A stretch of 64,000 bases of DNA, taken from the NCBI GenBank assembly GCA_964291215.2, contig OZ219791.1, positions 192,001 through 256,000 on the forward strand, read 5' to 3'. The notes below the pieces were generated by a model. It did not search any database and was not told the origin of the DNA. It worked only from the letters and a program-made list of their open reading frames with translations. Below are positions 41,587 to 52,017 of the stretch, in pieces. The DNA is from Alphaproteobacteria bacterium. GTDB lineage: Bacteria > Pseudomonadota > Alphaproteobacteria > MPNO01 > UBA830. Both the position numbers and the translations under genes were made by a program. Numbering within the stretch: position 1 is the first letter of the stretch; every line of letters begins with the position of its first letter.

Positions 41587-42119
41587 GCGATATCTGGATA
41601 TTCGGGTACGGATCCCTGATCTGGCGGCCGGACTTTCCTCATGCCGAGGCGCAACCGGCGTCGATTGACGGATGGACACGGCGATTCTGGCAGGGCTCGA
41701 CCGACCACCGGGGCGTGCCCGGATCGCCGGGCCGGGTGGTAACGCTGGTCGAGAAAGCCGGAAGCACGTGCCACGGGCGCGCCTACAGGGTCGGTGCCGA
41801 CGCCAGGGATGCCGTCATCGCCGGCCTCGACCATCGGGAAAAGGGCGGCTACGCGCTCCGGGACGTGGACATCCGCTTCGGGGCGGTGCGCGCGCCGGTC
41901 CGCGGCGTGGTCTACATCGCCACCCCCGGCAACCCCAACTGGCTGGGCCGGGCCGACATGGCGGAGATCGCCGCGCAGGTGGCAGGAGCGACCGGACTGT
42001 CAGGAAGCAACGCGGAATACGTGCTCCAGCTTGCAGACGCCATCCGTTCCATGGGGGCCGAAGACCCGCATGTCTTCGCCCTCGCCGGGCGCCTCGAGCC
42101 TGCCGAGCTCTCCGCATAG
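41583..42119 (+). CDS. ChaC-like gamma-glutamylcyclotransferase
   Basis: WIFGYGSLIW, STDHRG..PGRVVTL, LDHRE, SGSNAEY. Confidence 0.9.
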   Translation: MSDIWIFGYGSLIWRPDFPHAEAQPASIDGWTRRFWQGSTDHRGVPGSPGRVVTLVEKAGSTCHGRAYRVGADARDAVIAGLDHREKGGYALRDVDIRFGAVRAPVRGVVYIATPGNPNWLGRADMAEIAAQVAGATGLSGSNAEYVLQLADAIRSMGAEDPHVFALAGRLEPAELSA

Positions 42120-42237
42120 TGTCGCGGCCGCCGCCGGCGCGGCTTGCGGGCCTTGCTTGACGGATACGGGGCAAAAGCGATACTCACGGGAATGAAAACG
42201 GTCGGCATCCGGAGCGGCCGGCCGAGGGAGAAAGAAC

Positions 42238-43245
42238 GTGCGCGCAGTTGTCCTGCATGAACATGGCGATATCGAAAACCTAGTCTACCACGCGGATTAT
42301 GACGATCCCGAGTGTGGCGACGACCAAGTCGTCGTGCGCGTCAGGGCGACGTCGCTGAACTATCACGACATCTTCACCACCAGAGGCATGCCGGGCATCA
42401 AGGTGCCGCTTCCGATCATCATCGGCCTCGACATCGCCGGCGAGATCGCGGAAATCGGATCGAACGTCGAGGGCTGGAAGATCGGCGACGACGTGCTGAT
42501 CAACCCGCTCGACCCGATCACTCCCGAAAAGGGCCTGATGGGCGAAATGATCGACGGCGGCACCGCCGAATACTGCGCCATCGATGCCACCCGCCTGATC
42601 GCGATTCCGGAGGGGTGCTCCCACGCCCAGGCAGCGGCGCTTCCCGTCGCCTACGGCACAGCCCATCGCATGATGATTACCAACGGCGGCATGGCCGGCG
42701 GCGAAAAAGTCCTGATTCTCGGCGCCTCCGGCGGCGTGGGTTCGTGCTGCGTCCTGCTGGCGAAGATGATGGGATGCGAGGTCGTTGCCGCCGGATCCAG
42801 TCCGGAGAAGCTCGAGGCCCTGAAGAAGTGGGGCGCCGACGAGGTGATCGGCTACGAGGATTTCGAGAAGACGATATACGGACTCTACGGCAAGCCCCAC
42901 CGCCGCAAGCACGAGGGCGGCGTCGATGTGGTCATAAACTTTACCGGCGGCGACACCTGGGTTCCGTCTCTCAAGGCAACCAAGCGCGGCGGCAAGATCC
43001 TGACCTGCGGCGCGACGGCGGGCTACAACCCAGCCGAGGACCTGCGCTACGTCTGGACCTTCGAGCTCAAGATTCTCGGTTCGAACTCCTGGACGATCGA
43101 GGACCTCGAGACGCTGATGCGCCTGATTTCCGAGGATCGGCTCAGCCCGGTCATCGACGAGGTGTATCCGCTGGAACAAACGGCCGAGGGGGTGCGCCGC
43201 CTGCGCGACCGCGAGGTCATCGGAAAGATCATCATTACGCCCTGA
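42238..43245 (+). CDS. MDR-family NAD(P)H:quinone oxidoreductase/dehydrogenase
   Basis: SLNYHD, LGASGGVG, TCGATAG; GTG start with SD. Confidence 0.88.
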   Translation: MRAVVLHEHGDIENLVYHADYDDPECGDDQVVVRVRATSLNYHDIFTTRGMPGIKVPLPIIIGLDIAGEIAEIGSNVEGWKIGDDVLINPLDPITPEKGLMGEMIDGGTAEYCAIDATRLIAIPEGCSHAQAAALPVAYGTAHRMMITNGGMAGGEKVLILGASGGVGSCCVLLAKMMGCEVVAAGSSPEKLEALKKWGADEVIGYEDFEKTIYGLYGKPHRRKHEGGVDVVINFTGGDTWVPSLKATKRGGKILTCGATAGYNPAEDLRYVWTFELKILGSNSWTIEDLETLMRLISEDRLSPVIDEVYPLEQTAEGVRRLRDREVIGKIIITP

Positions 43246-43273
43246 CGCCGTTCATTCCCGGGGCAGATTGGCC

Positions 43274-44806
43274 ATGAGACCGCCCGAGTCCGGAAATCTC
43301 GGAGACATCTTCGAGGAACATGCCGGATCCGACCGCATCGCGGTCATCGATCACTACGATCCCGAAATGCCGCGGGAGTACAGCTTCCGCGAATTCGACG
43401 CGGCCTGCGACGCGGTCGCCAACGGCCTCCTCTATGCCGGCATCGAGCCGGGCGACCGGATCGGCATCCTCGCCCTCAACCGGATCGAGTTCCTCCAGGT
43501 CCTCTTCGGCGCGATGCGGGCCGGCTGCGTGCCGGTGATGGTCAATCTCAAGCTGCCAGACAACACAGTTCGTTACATCATCCGTGACGCGTCGATGAAG
43601 GTGGTGTTTGCCGATCCCGACCAGGTCGGGCGCGTCCCGGAGGATGTCCGCGCCATATCCTTCGGCGACGGCGCAGACACGCTGAAGGACTTCGCGAAAC
43701 CGCTCGACGCAGCACACCCGTCATTCCTTCCCGACCCCGACGACATAGCCGAGCAGCCCTACACGTCGGGTTCGACCGGACGGCCCAAGGGCGTGCTCCT
43801 CGACCATGCGGGACAGGTCTGGATGCTCGGCAGGATCGTCGAGAGCCGGGATCTCGACGCCGGTGACTGTTCGATCATCTCGGCTCCGCTCTATCACAAG
43901 AACGCGCTGCTGGCGGTGAAGTCCGCGCTCGCCGCGGGCGGGCGCATCGTCCTCTTCTCGCGCTTCGACGCCCGGGCGTATATCCGCGCCATAGAGCGCT
44001 ACCGCCTGACCATGCTGACAGGCGTGCCGACGATGTACGCCCTGATCCTGCAGGAACAGGACCTTCTCGCAAAAACGGACCTGTCGTCGGTACGCAACTG
44101 CTCGATGGGATCGGCGCCGGCCTCGGACAATCTTCTCGATTCGCTGGCGGCGCAGTTTCCGGACGCAAAGCTCAACCTCAACTACGGCATCACGGAAGGC
44201 GGCCCCATCCTCTTCGCCTGGACTCACCCCGAGGGCATTCCGCGCCCGCGAACCTCGGTCGGCTACCCCATCGACGGCGTCGAGGTCCGACTCGACGGCG
44301 GGCGCGGCGCCGACCACGGCGTGCTCCATGTTCGCAGTCCCGGGGTCATGGCGGGATATCACGGCCTGCCCGAGGAGACGGCCGCGGTGCTCACGAAGGA
44401 CGGGTGGCTGGATACCGGCGACATTCTCAGGCGCGACGGCGACGGCTGGTACTATTTTGTAGGCCGTGCCGACGACATGTTCGTCTGCGCCGGAGAGAAC
44501 ATCCATCCGGGCGAGGTCGAAGCCATGCTCGAGCGCCACGAGGATGTGCTGCAGGCGGTTGTCGTACCGGCGCCCGACGAACTCAAGGCGCATGTGCCCT
44601 ACGCCTGGATCGTGCCCCGTGACGGCGCGTCGATCGACGAGGACGCGGTCAAGCGCTATGCGCTCGACAACGGCCCGGCCTACGCGCACCCCCGCCGGGT
44701 GTTTCTCGTCGAGTTCCTGCCGCTTGCGGGAACCAACAAGATCGACCGGCGCATGCTGAAAGGCCAGGCCGCAGCTGCAGCGCGCGGCGGATCCGCGGGC
44801 GGATGA
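43274..44806 (+). CDS. Class I adenylate-forming acyl-CoA synthetase
   Basis: YTSGSTGRPKG, YGITE, TGD, GRADD, NKIDR. Confidence 0.9.
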   Translation: MRPPESGNLGDIFEEHAGSDRIAVIDHYDPEMPREYSFREFDAACDAVANGLLYAGIEPGDRIGILALNRIEFLQVLFGAMRAGCVPVMVNLKLPDNTVRYIIRDASMKVVFADPDQVGRVPEDVRAISFGDGADTLKDFAKPLDAAHPSFLPDPDDIAEQPYTSGSTGRPKGVLLDHAGQVWMLGRIVESRDLDAGDCSIISAPLYHKNALLAVKSALAAGGRIVLFSRFDARAYIRAIERYRLTMLTGVPTMYALILQEQDLLAKTDLSSVRNCSMGSAPASDNLLDSLAAQFPDAKLNLNYGITEGGPILFAWTHPEGIPRPRTSVGYPIDGVEVRLDGGRGADHGVLHVRSPGVMAGYHGLPEETAAVLTKDGWLDTGDILRRDGDGWYYFVGRADDMFVCAGENIHPGEVEAMLERHEDVLQAVVVPAPDELKAHVPYAWIVPRDGASIDEDAVKRYALDNGPAYAHPRRVFLVEFLPLAGTNKIDRRMLKGQAAAAARGGSAGG

Positions 44807-44849
44807 CACGGACAGTCGCGGCGCTTGCTGCCGGCGCGCGATAACAGCC

Positions 44850-45951
44850 ATGCGTCTTGGCTTCTTCATCCAGCACGTGCACCCGCCCGCGAAGGACTAC
44901 CGTCAGGTCCTGCGCGAGGATCGCGGGGCCGTTCTGCTGGCCGACCGCCTGGGATACCGCGAAGCCTTCATCGGCGAGCACATCACCGACCGGGCCGAAC
45001 CGATCACATCCAATCTGATATTCATCGCCTCGCCGGCCCACGATGCCCGGCGGATCGCCTTCGGGACCGCGGCCGTCACCCTGCCGTCCTATCATCCGGC
45101 GATGGTGGCGGCGCACATCGCCATGGTCGACCACCTCGTTGACGGGCACCTTATCTTGGGGATCAGCCCGGGCGGATTGCTGTCGGATATCGAGATGTTC
45201 GGGAATCTCGACATCGGCAGCAACCTGAAGATGCTGTAGTCGATGGACAGGATCCTCTCCATATCGTCCGGCAGGCCGCCCTACGAGCTCCACAACGAGC
45301 ACTGGACGGTGTCGACAGCGCCAACGCGCGACGAAGCAATCGGACAAGGCATCGTTTCGGTGCCGCTGCGGAAGCCGCATCCCCCGGTCGTCGTCACGTC
45401 GGTCACGCAGCACTCGACGGGCCTGACCGCCGCGGCAGCGCGCGGCGGAGACCTCATAAGTTCGAACTACGTGCAGCCGCATTCGGTCGCGACCAACCTG
45501 CCAAGATATCTCGACGGCCTCCGCCAGAACGGACAACTCCTCAACGCGAGCGGCAAGCGGATCGCAAAATCGATCTTCATCAACGAGGATGGCAGGAAAG
45601 CCGATGCCTATGCCAAGACATCGGACGGACCGCACGGATTCTATTTCCCGAATATCATGCGGAAAGTCATCGACAACGGACAGCCCGAGGCGTTCCGTGC
45701 CTGGCCGGACGAGACCGACGATCGGATCACGCTGGAGCAATCCCTCGCCACCCAGGTGATCGCCGGAGAGGTGAGTTCCGTGGTCGACCAGATCCTCGCA
45801 TTTCGTGAACTGGTGGGAGAGTTCGGGACGCTCCTCTATACCGGGCATGACTGGATAGATCTGGACCTCGACCGCCGTTCGATGGAACTGGTGGCACGGG
45901 GAGGTGCTGCCGCGGGTCAACGAAGCTCTCGGCAAAGACGATGGCGCCTGA
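44850..45951 (+). pseudogene. LLM-class flavin-dependent monooxygenase with a nonsense codon and a frameshift
   Basis: MRLGFF, IGEH, YHPA motifs; in-frame TAG at 45237-45239; extra G near 45900 displaces the EVLPRVNEAL end. Confidence 0.75.
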
Positions 45952-46909
45952 GACCCTCATCGCCCGACTGACGCCGCCGGCGCTCCTGGCCGGACCGCTG
46001 GCCATCTTGTGCTGGGCTGGCAGTATCGTCGTGGTGCGCGATGTCGCTGGCGTCGTCCCACCCGTCGCCCTGTCGTTTTTCCGGTGCATTGTCGCACTCA
46101 TTATCCTCTACCCGCTGTGCCACCGGCTGCTGCGCGTCCAGTGGCCGCTCATTCGCGCGCACTGGAAACTCATCGCCTTTCTCGGCTCGCTCCTGTTCAT
46201 CGGCGGGAACGGCATGCTTTTCGTCGGACTCCAGTTCACGACGGCGATCAACGGCGCACTGATCAATTCTGCCGAGCCGGTCGTCATCATCGCCTGCGCA
46301 TGGCTGATGTTCCGCGACCGCCTGACCGTCGTCCAGTGGGTGGGGGTGGCGCTTTCGATGGTCGGCGTCCTTTACCTGATTGTCCGCGGCACGCCGGCGA
46401 GCCTGCTGTCGCTTCGCCTCAATCTCGGCGACCTTTTCATCCTGGTGTCAGTCGTGGCCTGGTCCTTCTATGCGGTATTACTGCGACGCGTGCCAAGGGA
46501 ACTCAGCCGCCTCAACCTGGTCTTCGGAATTCTGGCCGCAGGCGCGGTTTCCGTGTTTCCCTTTTGGCTCCTGGAGCATTTCTTCATCGCGCCAGCCCCA
46601 ATAATCTGGGAAACAGTCTGGTCAGTCGCCTTCAACGCAGTATTCGCTTCGATCCTTGCCGTGTTCTGGTGGAATCACACGATCGAGCAACTCGGCCCCG
46701 GCCGGGCCGGCCTTTTCGTTCACCTCATACCCGTCTATACTGTATTTCTCGCAATGGGCTTCCTCGGTGAGACCCTGTTCTGGTTCCACATCGTGGGACT
46801 CGGGCTGATCGGGGCGGGCATCTATCTCACAACGATGCTGAAGACAGGAAAAGCGGGACCGCGCCGCCGCTCGTTCTCCTTCTCGAGATCCTTCAGACGA
46901 CGAAGCTGA
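45941..46909 (+). CDS. EamA/DMT family transporter; tail reads into an IS3 remnant
   Basis: Two EamA repeats, about 10 TM, TTAINGALI, GPGRAGLF. Confidence 0.88.
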   Translation: MAPETLIARLTPPALLAGPLAILCWAGSIVVVRDVAGVVPPVALSFFRCIVALIILYPLCHRLLRVQWPLIRAHWKLIAFLGSLLFIGGNGMLFVGLQFTTAINGALINSAEPVVIIACAWLMFRDRLTVVQWVGVALSMVGVLYLIVRGTPASLLSLRLNLGDLFILVSVVAWSFYAVLLRRVPRELSRLNLVFGILAAGAVSVFPFWLLEHFFIAPAPIIWETVWSVAFNAVFASILAVFWWNHTIEQLGPGRAGLFVHLIPVYTVFLAMGFLGETLFWFHIVGLGLIGAGIYLTTMLKTGKAGPRRRSFSFSRSFRRRS

Positions 46910-47129
46910 TCGCCGCTCATCTCGGCATACTCCTTGCGCCACCGGTAGAAGGTGACCTCGCTGATTCCGAGCTGTCGGATCGCGTCCGCCATCGACATGC
47001 CCTGCCCGTGCAGGACTTCCGCCTGCCGCAGCAAACTCACGATCTCCTCGGGCTTGTAACGCTTCCTTGCCATCGTCGGTCCTCCTCTTTCCATAATCTG
47101 AGGGTGGACCACTTCAACGGGGAAGATCA
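46861..47129 (-). mobile_element. IS3-family (IS407 group-like) left end and orfA fragment
   Basis: TGATCTTCCCC end; MARKRYKPEEIV..TFYRWRKEY..RLKDLEKEN. Confidence 0.8.
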
Positions 47130-47480
47130 GTTTCATCGGCATGGCGCAGCCCCGCCTCGTTCCGGTGCGCGAGGATCGCGTCCCGAAGCGGCTCGAACAG
47201 GGGCAGCATCCGGCTCGTGGAGCTGGCCAGTGTTCCCCCGGCGAAAGCCCCTGGTCGGTCAGCCAGCCCGCGACGCGGCGCAAGGGCCGCATGCACGCAA
47301 ACCGCTCGTGCAGCACATGCGTCCACACCCGAGTGCGGTGCCGGAAAACAGCCGCGGCGCCGCGCGGGCGGACAATCCGCCGCTTGTGCGCCTTGATCTC
47401 GATGATCCCCGATTCATACGAACCGTTGGCAACGTAGGGTGCCGCAGTACGAGCAGATGCGCGCGTCAACGCTGCGCGCA
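47130..47480 (-). pseudogene. IS66-family transposase fragment
   Basis: RRIVRPR, SPGTLA-like, RHADET. Confidence 0.6.
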
Positions 47481-47601
47481 GACCGGTTTTCGGATAGACT
47501 GATCATCTTGCGCAACGGGAACGCGGCACCAGCGCGGCCGGCAGCAGCCTAGCGCGGACACGCGCCCTCACGGCGACCGCATCCTTTTCCCGGGAGAACC
47601 C

Positions 47602-48474
47602 ATGAAACCAAGACGGTACGGACCTTTCCCCTACAGGCCGATCAACCGGCGTCCGGCCATTCGCTGGCCCGACGGCAATCATCTCGCGCTCTGGGTCATT
47701 CCCAACATCGAGACCTTCCCGCTCGACGAGCCGGTGCCCGGCGGGACCGGCGTTACCCCCGACATCATCAACTGGGCACCGCGCGACTACGGCGCGCGCG
47801 TCGGTATCTTCCGGATGATGGAGATCATGGAAGCCCGCGGGATCAGGGGCACCGCCGCGCTCAACAGCGAAGTGTGCGACGACTATCCCGAGATTGTCGA
47901 GGATGCACTCGGCCTCGAATGGGAATTCATGGGCCACAACCAGTCCAACAGCCGCTATCTGCATATCCTCGAAGATGCCGAGGGACGCCGGCTCGTGGCC
48001 GACTCCCTCGACCGGATCGAACGGGCGACCGGGCGCAGGCCGCGCGGCTGGCTGGGTTCCGGCCTCCAGGAAAACTGGACGACGCTCGACGCGCTGATCG
48101 AGAATCGCTGCGCCTATGTCGCCGACTGGGTGAACGACGACCAGCCCTATGTCATGCAACTCGACGGCGGCACCATCTGCTCGATCCCGTATTCTACCGA
48201 GATCAACGACTTGCCGCAGATCTGGCGAAACGGCAAGTCCGCGGATGAGTTCGCCGACATGATCTGCCGGCAATTCGACACGCTGTACCGTGAGAGCGTC
48301 GAGAGCGGTTCGGGCCGCGTGATGGCCATCTGCCTGCATCCGTTCGTGATCGGCGTGCCGCACCGGATCGGCGCGTTCGACCGGGCGCTGGGCCATATCT
48401 GCGGACATGACGGCGTCTGGAAGGCGACCGGATCCGAGATCGTCGATCACTATCTCGCGGGAGAAACCTTCTGA
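47602..48474 (+). CDS. Polysaccharide deacetylase family (PuuE-like)
   Basis: RDYGARVG, EFMGH, PRGWLG, DDQPY, LHPF. Confidence 0.85.
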   Translation: MKPRRYGPFPYRPINRRPAIRWPDGNHLALWVIPNIETFPLDEPVPGGTGVTPDIINWAPRDYGARVGIFRMMEIMEARGIRGTAALNSEVCDDYPEIVEDALGLEWEFMGHNQSNSRYLHILEDAEGRRLVADSLDRIERATGRRPRGWLGSGLQENWTTLDALIENRCAYVADWVNDDQPYVMQLDGGTICSIPYSTEINDLPQIWRNGKSADEFADMICRQFDTLYRESVESGSGRVMAICLHPFVIGVPHRIGAFDRALGHICGHDGVWKATGSEIVDHYLAGETF

Positions 48475-49583
48475 CCACCGGTTTCCGGCCGCTGTGGGCG
48501 CTGGGCCTCATGAGCGGCACCTCGATGGACGGCATCGACGCGGCGATCATCCGCACCGACGGAGAAACGGTCTCGGACTTCGGCCCCGCGCGAACCTTCC
48601 CGTACGATGACGATCTGCGCGAGGCGATACGGGCCGCGCTCGGAAACCCGGATCCCGGCGCGGACCTCGTCCGCCGGCTGACCGACCGCCATGCCGATGC
48701 CATCCGCGATCTGCTAGCTCGGCCGGAGGGTCCGGACGGACGGATATCGGTGGTCGGGATGCACGGGCACACGATCCATCATGCGCCGAGCGAGGGCGTG
48801 ACGGTCCAGGCCGGCGACGGCCCCAGGCTCGCCCGTGCGACGGGACTCGACGTGGTCCACGATTTCCGGAGCGCGGACGTGGCCGCCGGCGGACAGGGTG
48901 CGCCGCTGGCGCCGCTCTATCACAAGGCCCTCTGCCAGGGCCTCGACGGCCCGCTCGCCGTGCTCAATCTCGGCGGCATCGCAAACGTCACCTGGATCGG
49001 TTCCGGCGCCGATCCGGTCGCGTTCGACACCGGACCGGGAAACGCCCTGCTCGACGACTGGATTGCGGCAACGACGGAGCAGCCCTTCGACCGCGACGGC
49101 GCGGTCAGCGCCGGCGGCGTCGCGGATCCGGAGATCGTTGCCGACCTTCTCGGCAACGAGTTCTTCCGCCGTCCTCCCCCGAAGTCTCTCGACCGGCTGG
49201 ATCTGGATATCGGCGGCGTTGCCGGTCTTGCACCCGGCGATGGCGCCGCGACGCTGGCGCGCCTGACCTGCGAGGCCGTGACCCTAGCCGCCACCCACCT
49301 GCCGGCGCCGCCGGCGCGGTGGCTGGTGACCGGCGGCGGGCGCAGGAACCCGACCCTGATGTGCGGACTGGCGGACTGCCTGCAGCAACCGGTTACGCCC
49401 GTCGAAGACGAGGGATGGGACGGCGACGCGCTGGAAGCGCAGGCATTCGCATTCCTCGCGGTGCGCACCCTGCGCGGGCTTCCGTTGAGCCTGCCGTCAA
49501 CGACGGGCGTGCCAGCACCGCAGACCGGCGGGGCCGTGGCGCTGGCGCCCCAGCACCGGCCCGGGAACAGGTTCTCCGCCTGA
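48471..49583 (+). CDS. anmK: Anhydro-N-acetylmuramic acid kinase
   Basis: ALGLMSGTSMDGID, GGQGAPLAP, NLGGIAN, DTGPGN; probable CTG start. Confidence 0.92.
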   Translation: MTTGFRPLWALGLMSGTSMDGIDAAIIRTDGETVSDFGPARTFPYDDDLREAIRAALGNPDPGADLVRRLTDRHADAIRDLLARPEGPDGRISVVGMHGHTIHHAPSEGVTVQAGDGPRLARATGLDVVHDFRSADVAAGGQGAPLAPLYHKALCQGLDGPLAVLNLGGIANVTWIGSGADPVAFDTGPGNALLDDWIAATTEQPFDRDGAVSAGGVADPEIVADLLGNEFFRRPPPKSLDRLDLDIGGVAGLAPGDGAATLARLTCEAVTLAATHLPAPPARWLVTGGGRRNPTLMCGLADCLQQPVTPVEDEGWDGDALEAQAFAFLAVRTLRGLPLSLPSTTGVPAPQTGGAVALAPQHRPGNRFSA

Positions 49584-50237
49584 CTATACGGGACTGACGC
49601 CGATGATGGCGGATTCGAGGTAATTGTCGAGTTCCTGCGCCAGTTCCGCCGTCCTGTCCTTGAAGAAGTGGTCGGCCCCCTCGAAGACACGGTAGTCGAT
49701 GGTGATGTCGCGCTGTTCGGAAAGCCGCTCCACCAGTTCATCGACCACCTCCATGGGAACAATCTGGTCCTCGGAGCCATGCACGAACAGCCCGGAAGAC
49801 GGGCATGGCGCGAGAAAGGAAAAGTCGTAGCGGTTTGCCGGCGGCGCCACGGCAACGAAACCGGTGATCTCGGGGCGGCGCATCACGAGCTCCATCGCGA
49901 TCCAGGCGCCGAAGGAAAAACCGCTGATCCAGCATTGCGGCGTTTCCGGATTGGACGTCTGCAGCCAGTCCAGCGCAAGCGCCGCATCGAGCAGGGCGTC
50001 GGCCTCGTTGCGATAGATTCCCTTGGACTTGCCGACGCCACGGAAGTTGAAACGCAGAACCGAAAACCCCTTGCGCGCGAAACACTGATAGATCTCGTAG
50101 ACGACCCGGTTGTTCATGGTTCCGCCATGTTGCGGATGCGGATGAAGAACCAGCGCAATCGGCGCGTTCTCCTCCTCGCTCGAAAAATAGCGGCCCTCAA
50201 TCTGGCCGTCGGGCCCGTTGAACGTCACTTCCGGCAT
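49584..50237 (-). CDS. Alpha/beta hydrolase commonly linked to alphaproteobacterial isc loci
   Basis: HPHPQHGGTMNN, RFNFRGVG, GFSFG, ADHFF. Confidence 0.9.
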   Translation of the reverse strand: MPEVTFNGPDGQIEGRYFSSEEENAPIALVLHPHPQHGGTMNNRVVYEIYQCFARKGFSVLRFNFRGVGKSKGIYRNEADALLDAALALDWLQTSNPETPQCWISGFSFGAWIAMELVMRRPEITGFVAVAPPANRYDFSFLAPCPSSGLFVHGSEDQIVPMEVVDELVERLSEQRDITIDYRVFEGADHFFKDRTAELAQELDNYLESAIIGVSPV

Positions 50238-50519
50238 CCGGTCTTCCCCGTTTTCCCCGGCATCGGCACCGTCCCAGGCGGCATGGACCACTCCGCAGCG
50301 CCCTTCCGGGGCACATGACGGCAACTCGCCCGGTTTCCTGTTGCGTCCGATCCGTAAAGGCAGTTTACTCGAACTGTGCGAACCCGGATGACCCCTGCCG
50401 GCCCGCACATGCTCCCAATGCGGAGACAGAGAACCGGCCACCGTCGGGAAGCCGGACCTTATAGCACAATCGAAACCGCCTGTTCCAAGGAACCTAGTTT
50501 GCGGGCGGGGCGGCAAGAA

Positions 50520-51650
50520 ATGAATCGGCCCGTATATCTCGACTACAACGCCACGGCGAAGATCCGTCCCGAGGTCATCGATGTGCTCGCGGACGTGTTG
50601 CGCGAGACCGGAAACGCGTCTTCGGTGCACGCCGCCGGCCGCCGCGCCCGCAAGCATGTCGAGGACGCGCGGGAGAGCGTCGGGGCGCTGGTCGGTGCAA
50701 GACCGGACCAGATCGTGTTCACCAGCGGAGGCACCGAGGCCAACAATCAGGTCATGCGCGGATGCAACCCTGCGAAGACCCTCGTGAGCGCGATAGAACA
50801 CGCGGCCGTTCTCGAAGCCTGCCCCGGCGCAGTGCGGCTTCCTGTCGACAGCACCGGGATCGTGGACCTCACGGCCATGGAGGCCGCGTGCGCCGGGACG
50901 GGGCCCGAGTGGATCGCCCTTATGCTCGCCAACAACGAAACCGGTGTCATTCAGCCCGTGGCCGAGGCGGCGGCGATAGCGCATCGTTTCGGCGCGCGAA
51001 TCCATTGCGACGCAGTCCAGGCGGCAGGCAAGGTACCGGTGGACTTCAAAGCCCTGGGCGTCGATTCCATGGCCGTGGCCGCGCACAAGTTCGGCGGCCC
51101 CCAGGGTATCGGCGCACTGATCGTACGCGAACCGGACACGGCCAGTTGTCTGCTGCGCGGCGGCGGCCAGGAGCGGGGCCTCAGGGGCGGCACGGAAAAC
51201 GTGGCGCAGATCGCCGGTTTCGGCGCCGCCGCCCGGATGGCGGGCGAACAACTTTCGTCATACGCAGCGCTGGCCGGCATGCGCGACGGGCTTGAGCGGA
51301 GGCTTGCGGAAAATGCGCCCGGGTTCAGGGTCTTCGGCGCACGGGCGCCGCGCCTACCGAACACGTCCAAGGTCCTCATGCCCGGCGTTCCCGCCGAAAC
51401 CCAGGTCATCGCCTTCGACCTCGCCGGCATCGCGGTCAGCGCGGGGTCGGCCTGCTCGGCCGGCCGCGTCGAAGCACCCTACGTGCTCATGGCCATGGGC
51501 GTCCCCGACGACGAGGCCCGGTGCGCCCTGCGCATCAGTCTCGGCTGGGACTCCATTAACGGGGATATCGAGAGATTCGCCGCCGTCTGGCATGATGTAT
51601 GGGCAGCGATCGGGGCACCGCGAGGGCGCGAAAAGGGATTGATGGGCTGA
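50520..51650 (+). CDS. iscS: Cysteine desulfurase (IscS/NifS family)
   Basis: YLDYNAT, TSGGTEANN, NNETG, HKFGGP, SAGSACS. Confidence 0.88.
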   Translation: MNRPVYLDYNATAKIRPEVIDVLADVLRETGNASSVHAAGRRARKHVEDARESVGALVGARPDQIVFTSGGTEANNQVMRGCNPAKTLVSAIEHAAVLEACPGAVRLPVDSTGIVDLTAMEAACAGTGPEWIALMLANNETGVIQPVAEAAAIAHRFGARIHCDAVQAAGKVPVDFKALGVDSMAVAAHKFGGPQGIGALIVREPDTASCLLRGGGQERGLRGGTENVAQIAGFGAAARMAGEQLSSYAALAGMRDGLERRLAENAPGFRVFGARAPRLPNTSKVLMPGVPAETQVIAFDLAGIAVSAGSACSAGRVEAPYVLMAMGVPDDEARCALRISLGWDSINGDIERFAAVWHDVWAAIGAPRGREKGLMG

Positions 51651-51976
51651 TGCCGAGAATTGTCTTCATTTCCGCGGACGGAGAACGGACCGAGACCGAC
51701 GCGACGGCAGGTACGACTGTACTGCAGCTTGCCTGGGACAGCGACGTGGACATCGAAGGCGCCTGCGAGGGATCGATGGCCTGCTCGACCTGCCACGTAA
51801 TCGTAGATCAGGCCTCGTTCGAACGCCTGCCCGGGCTGTCCGAGGAGGAAGAATACATTCTCGATCTTGCCTGGGGCGTACGCCCGACATCCCGCCTCGG
51901 CTGCCAGATCGTCGTCACCGACGAGTTCGACGGGATGGAGCTGACGCTTCCCGCCGAGACCAACAACCAGATGTGA
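51650..51976 (+). CDS. fdx: 2Fe-2S ferredoxin (adrenodoxin type)
   Basis: GACEGSMACSTCH..SRLGCQ. Confidence 0.9.
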   Translation: MPRIVFISADGERTETDATAGTTVLQLAWDSDVDIEGACEGSMACSTCHVIVDQASFERLPGLSEEEEYILDLAWGVRPTSRLGCQIVVTDEFDGMELTLPAETNNQM

Positions 51977-52017
51977 CCACCGCTTATCGGTGGCCGGCCA
52001 CGCGGGAACCCGAAGAC

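Noticed and set aside
44287-44296. CGACTCGAC matching the intron-end motif
   Set aside because: Short in-frame coding match with no DV/DVI context
45237-45239. TAG readthrough (pyrrolysine) in the LLM gene
   Set aside because: A second lesion (frameshift) is present and there are no pyl genes in the window; pseudogene is simpler
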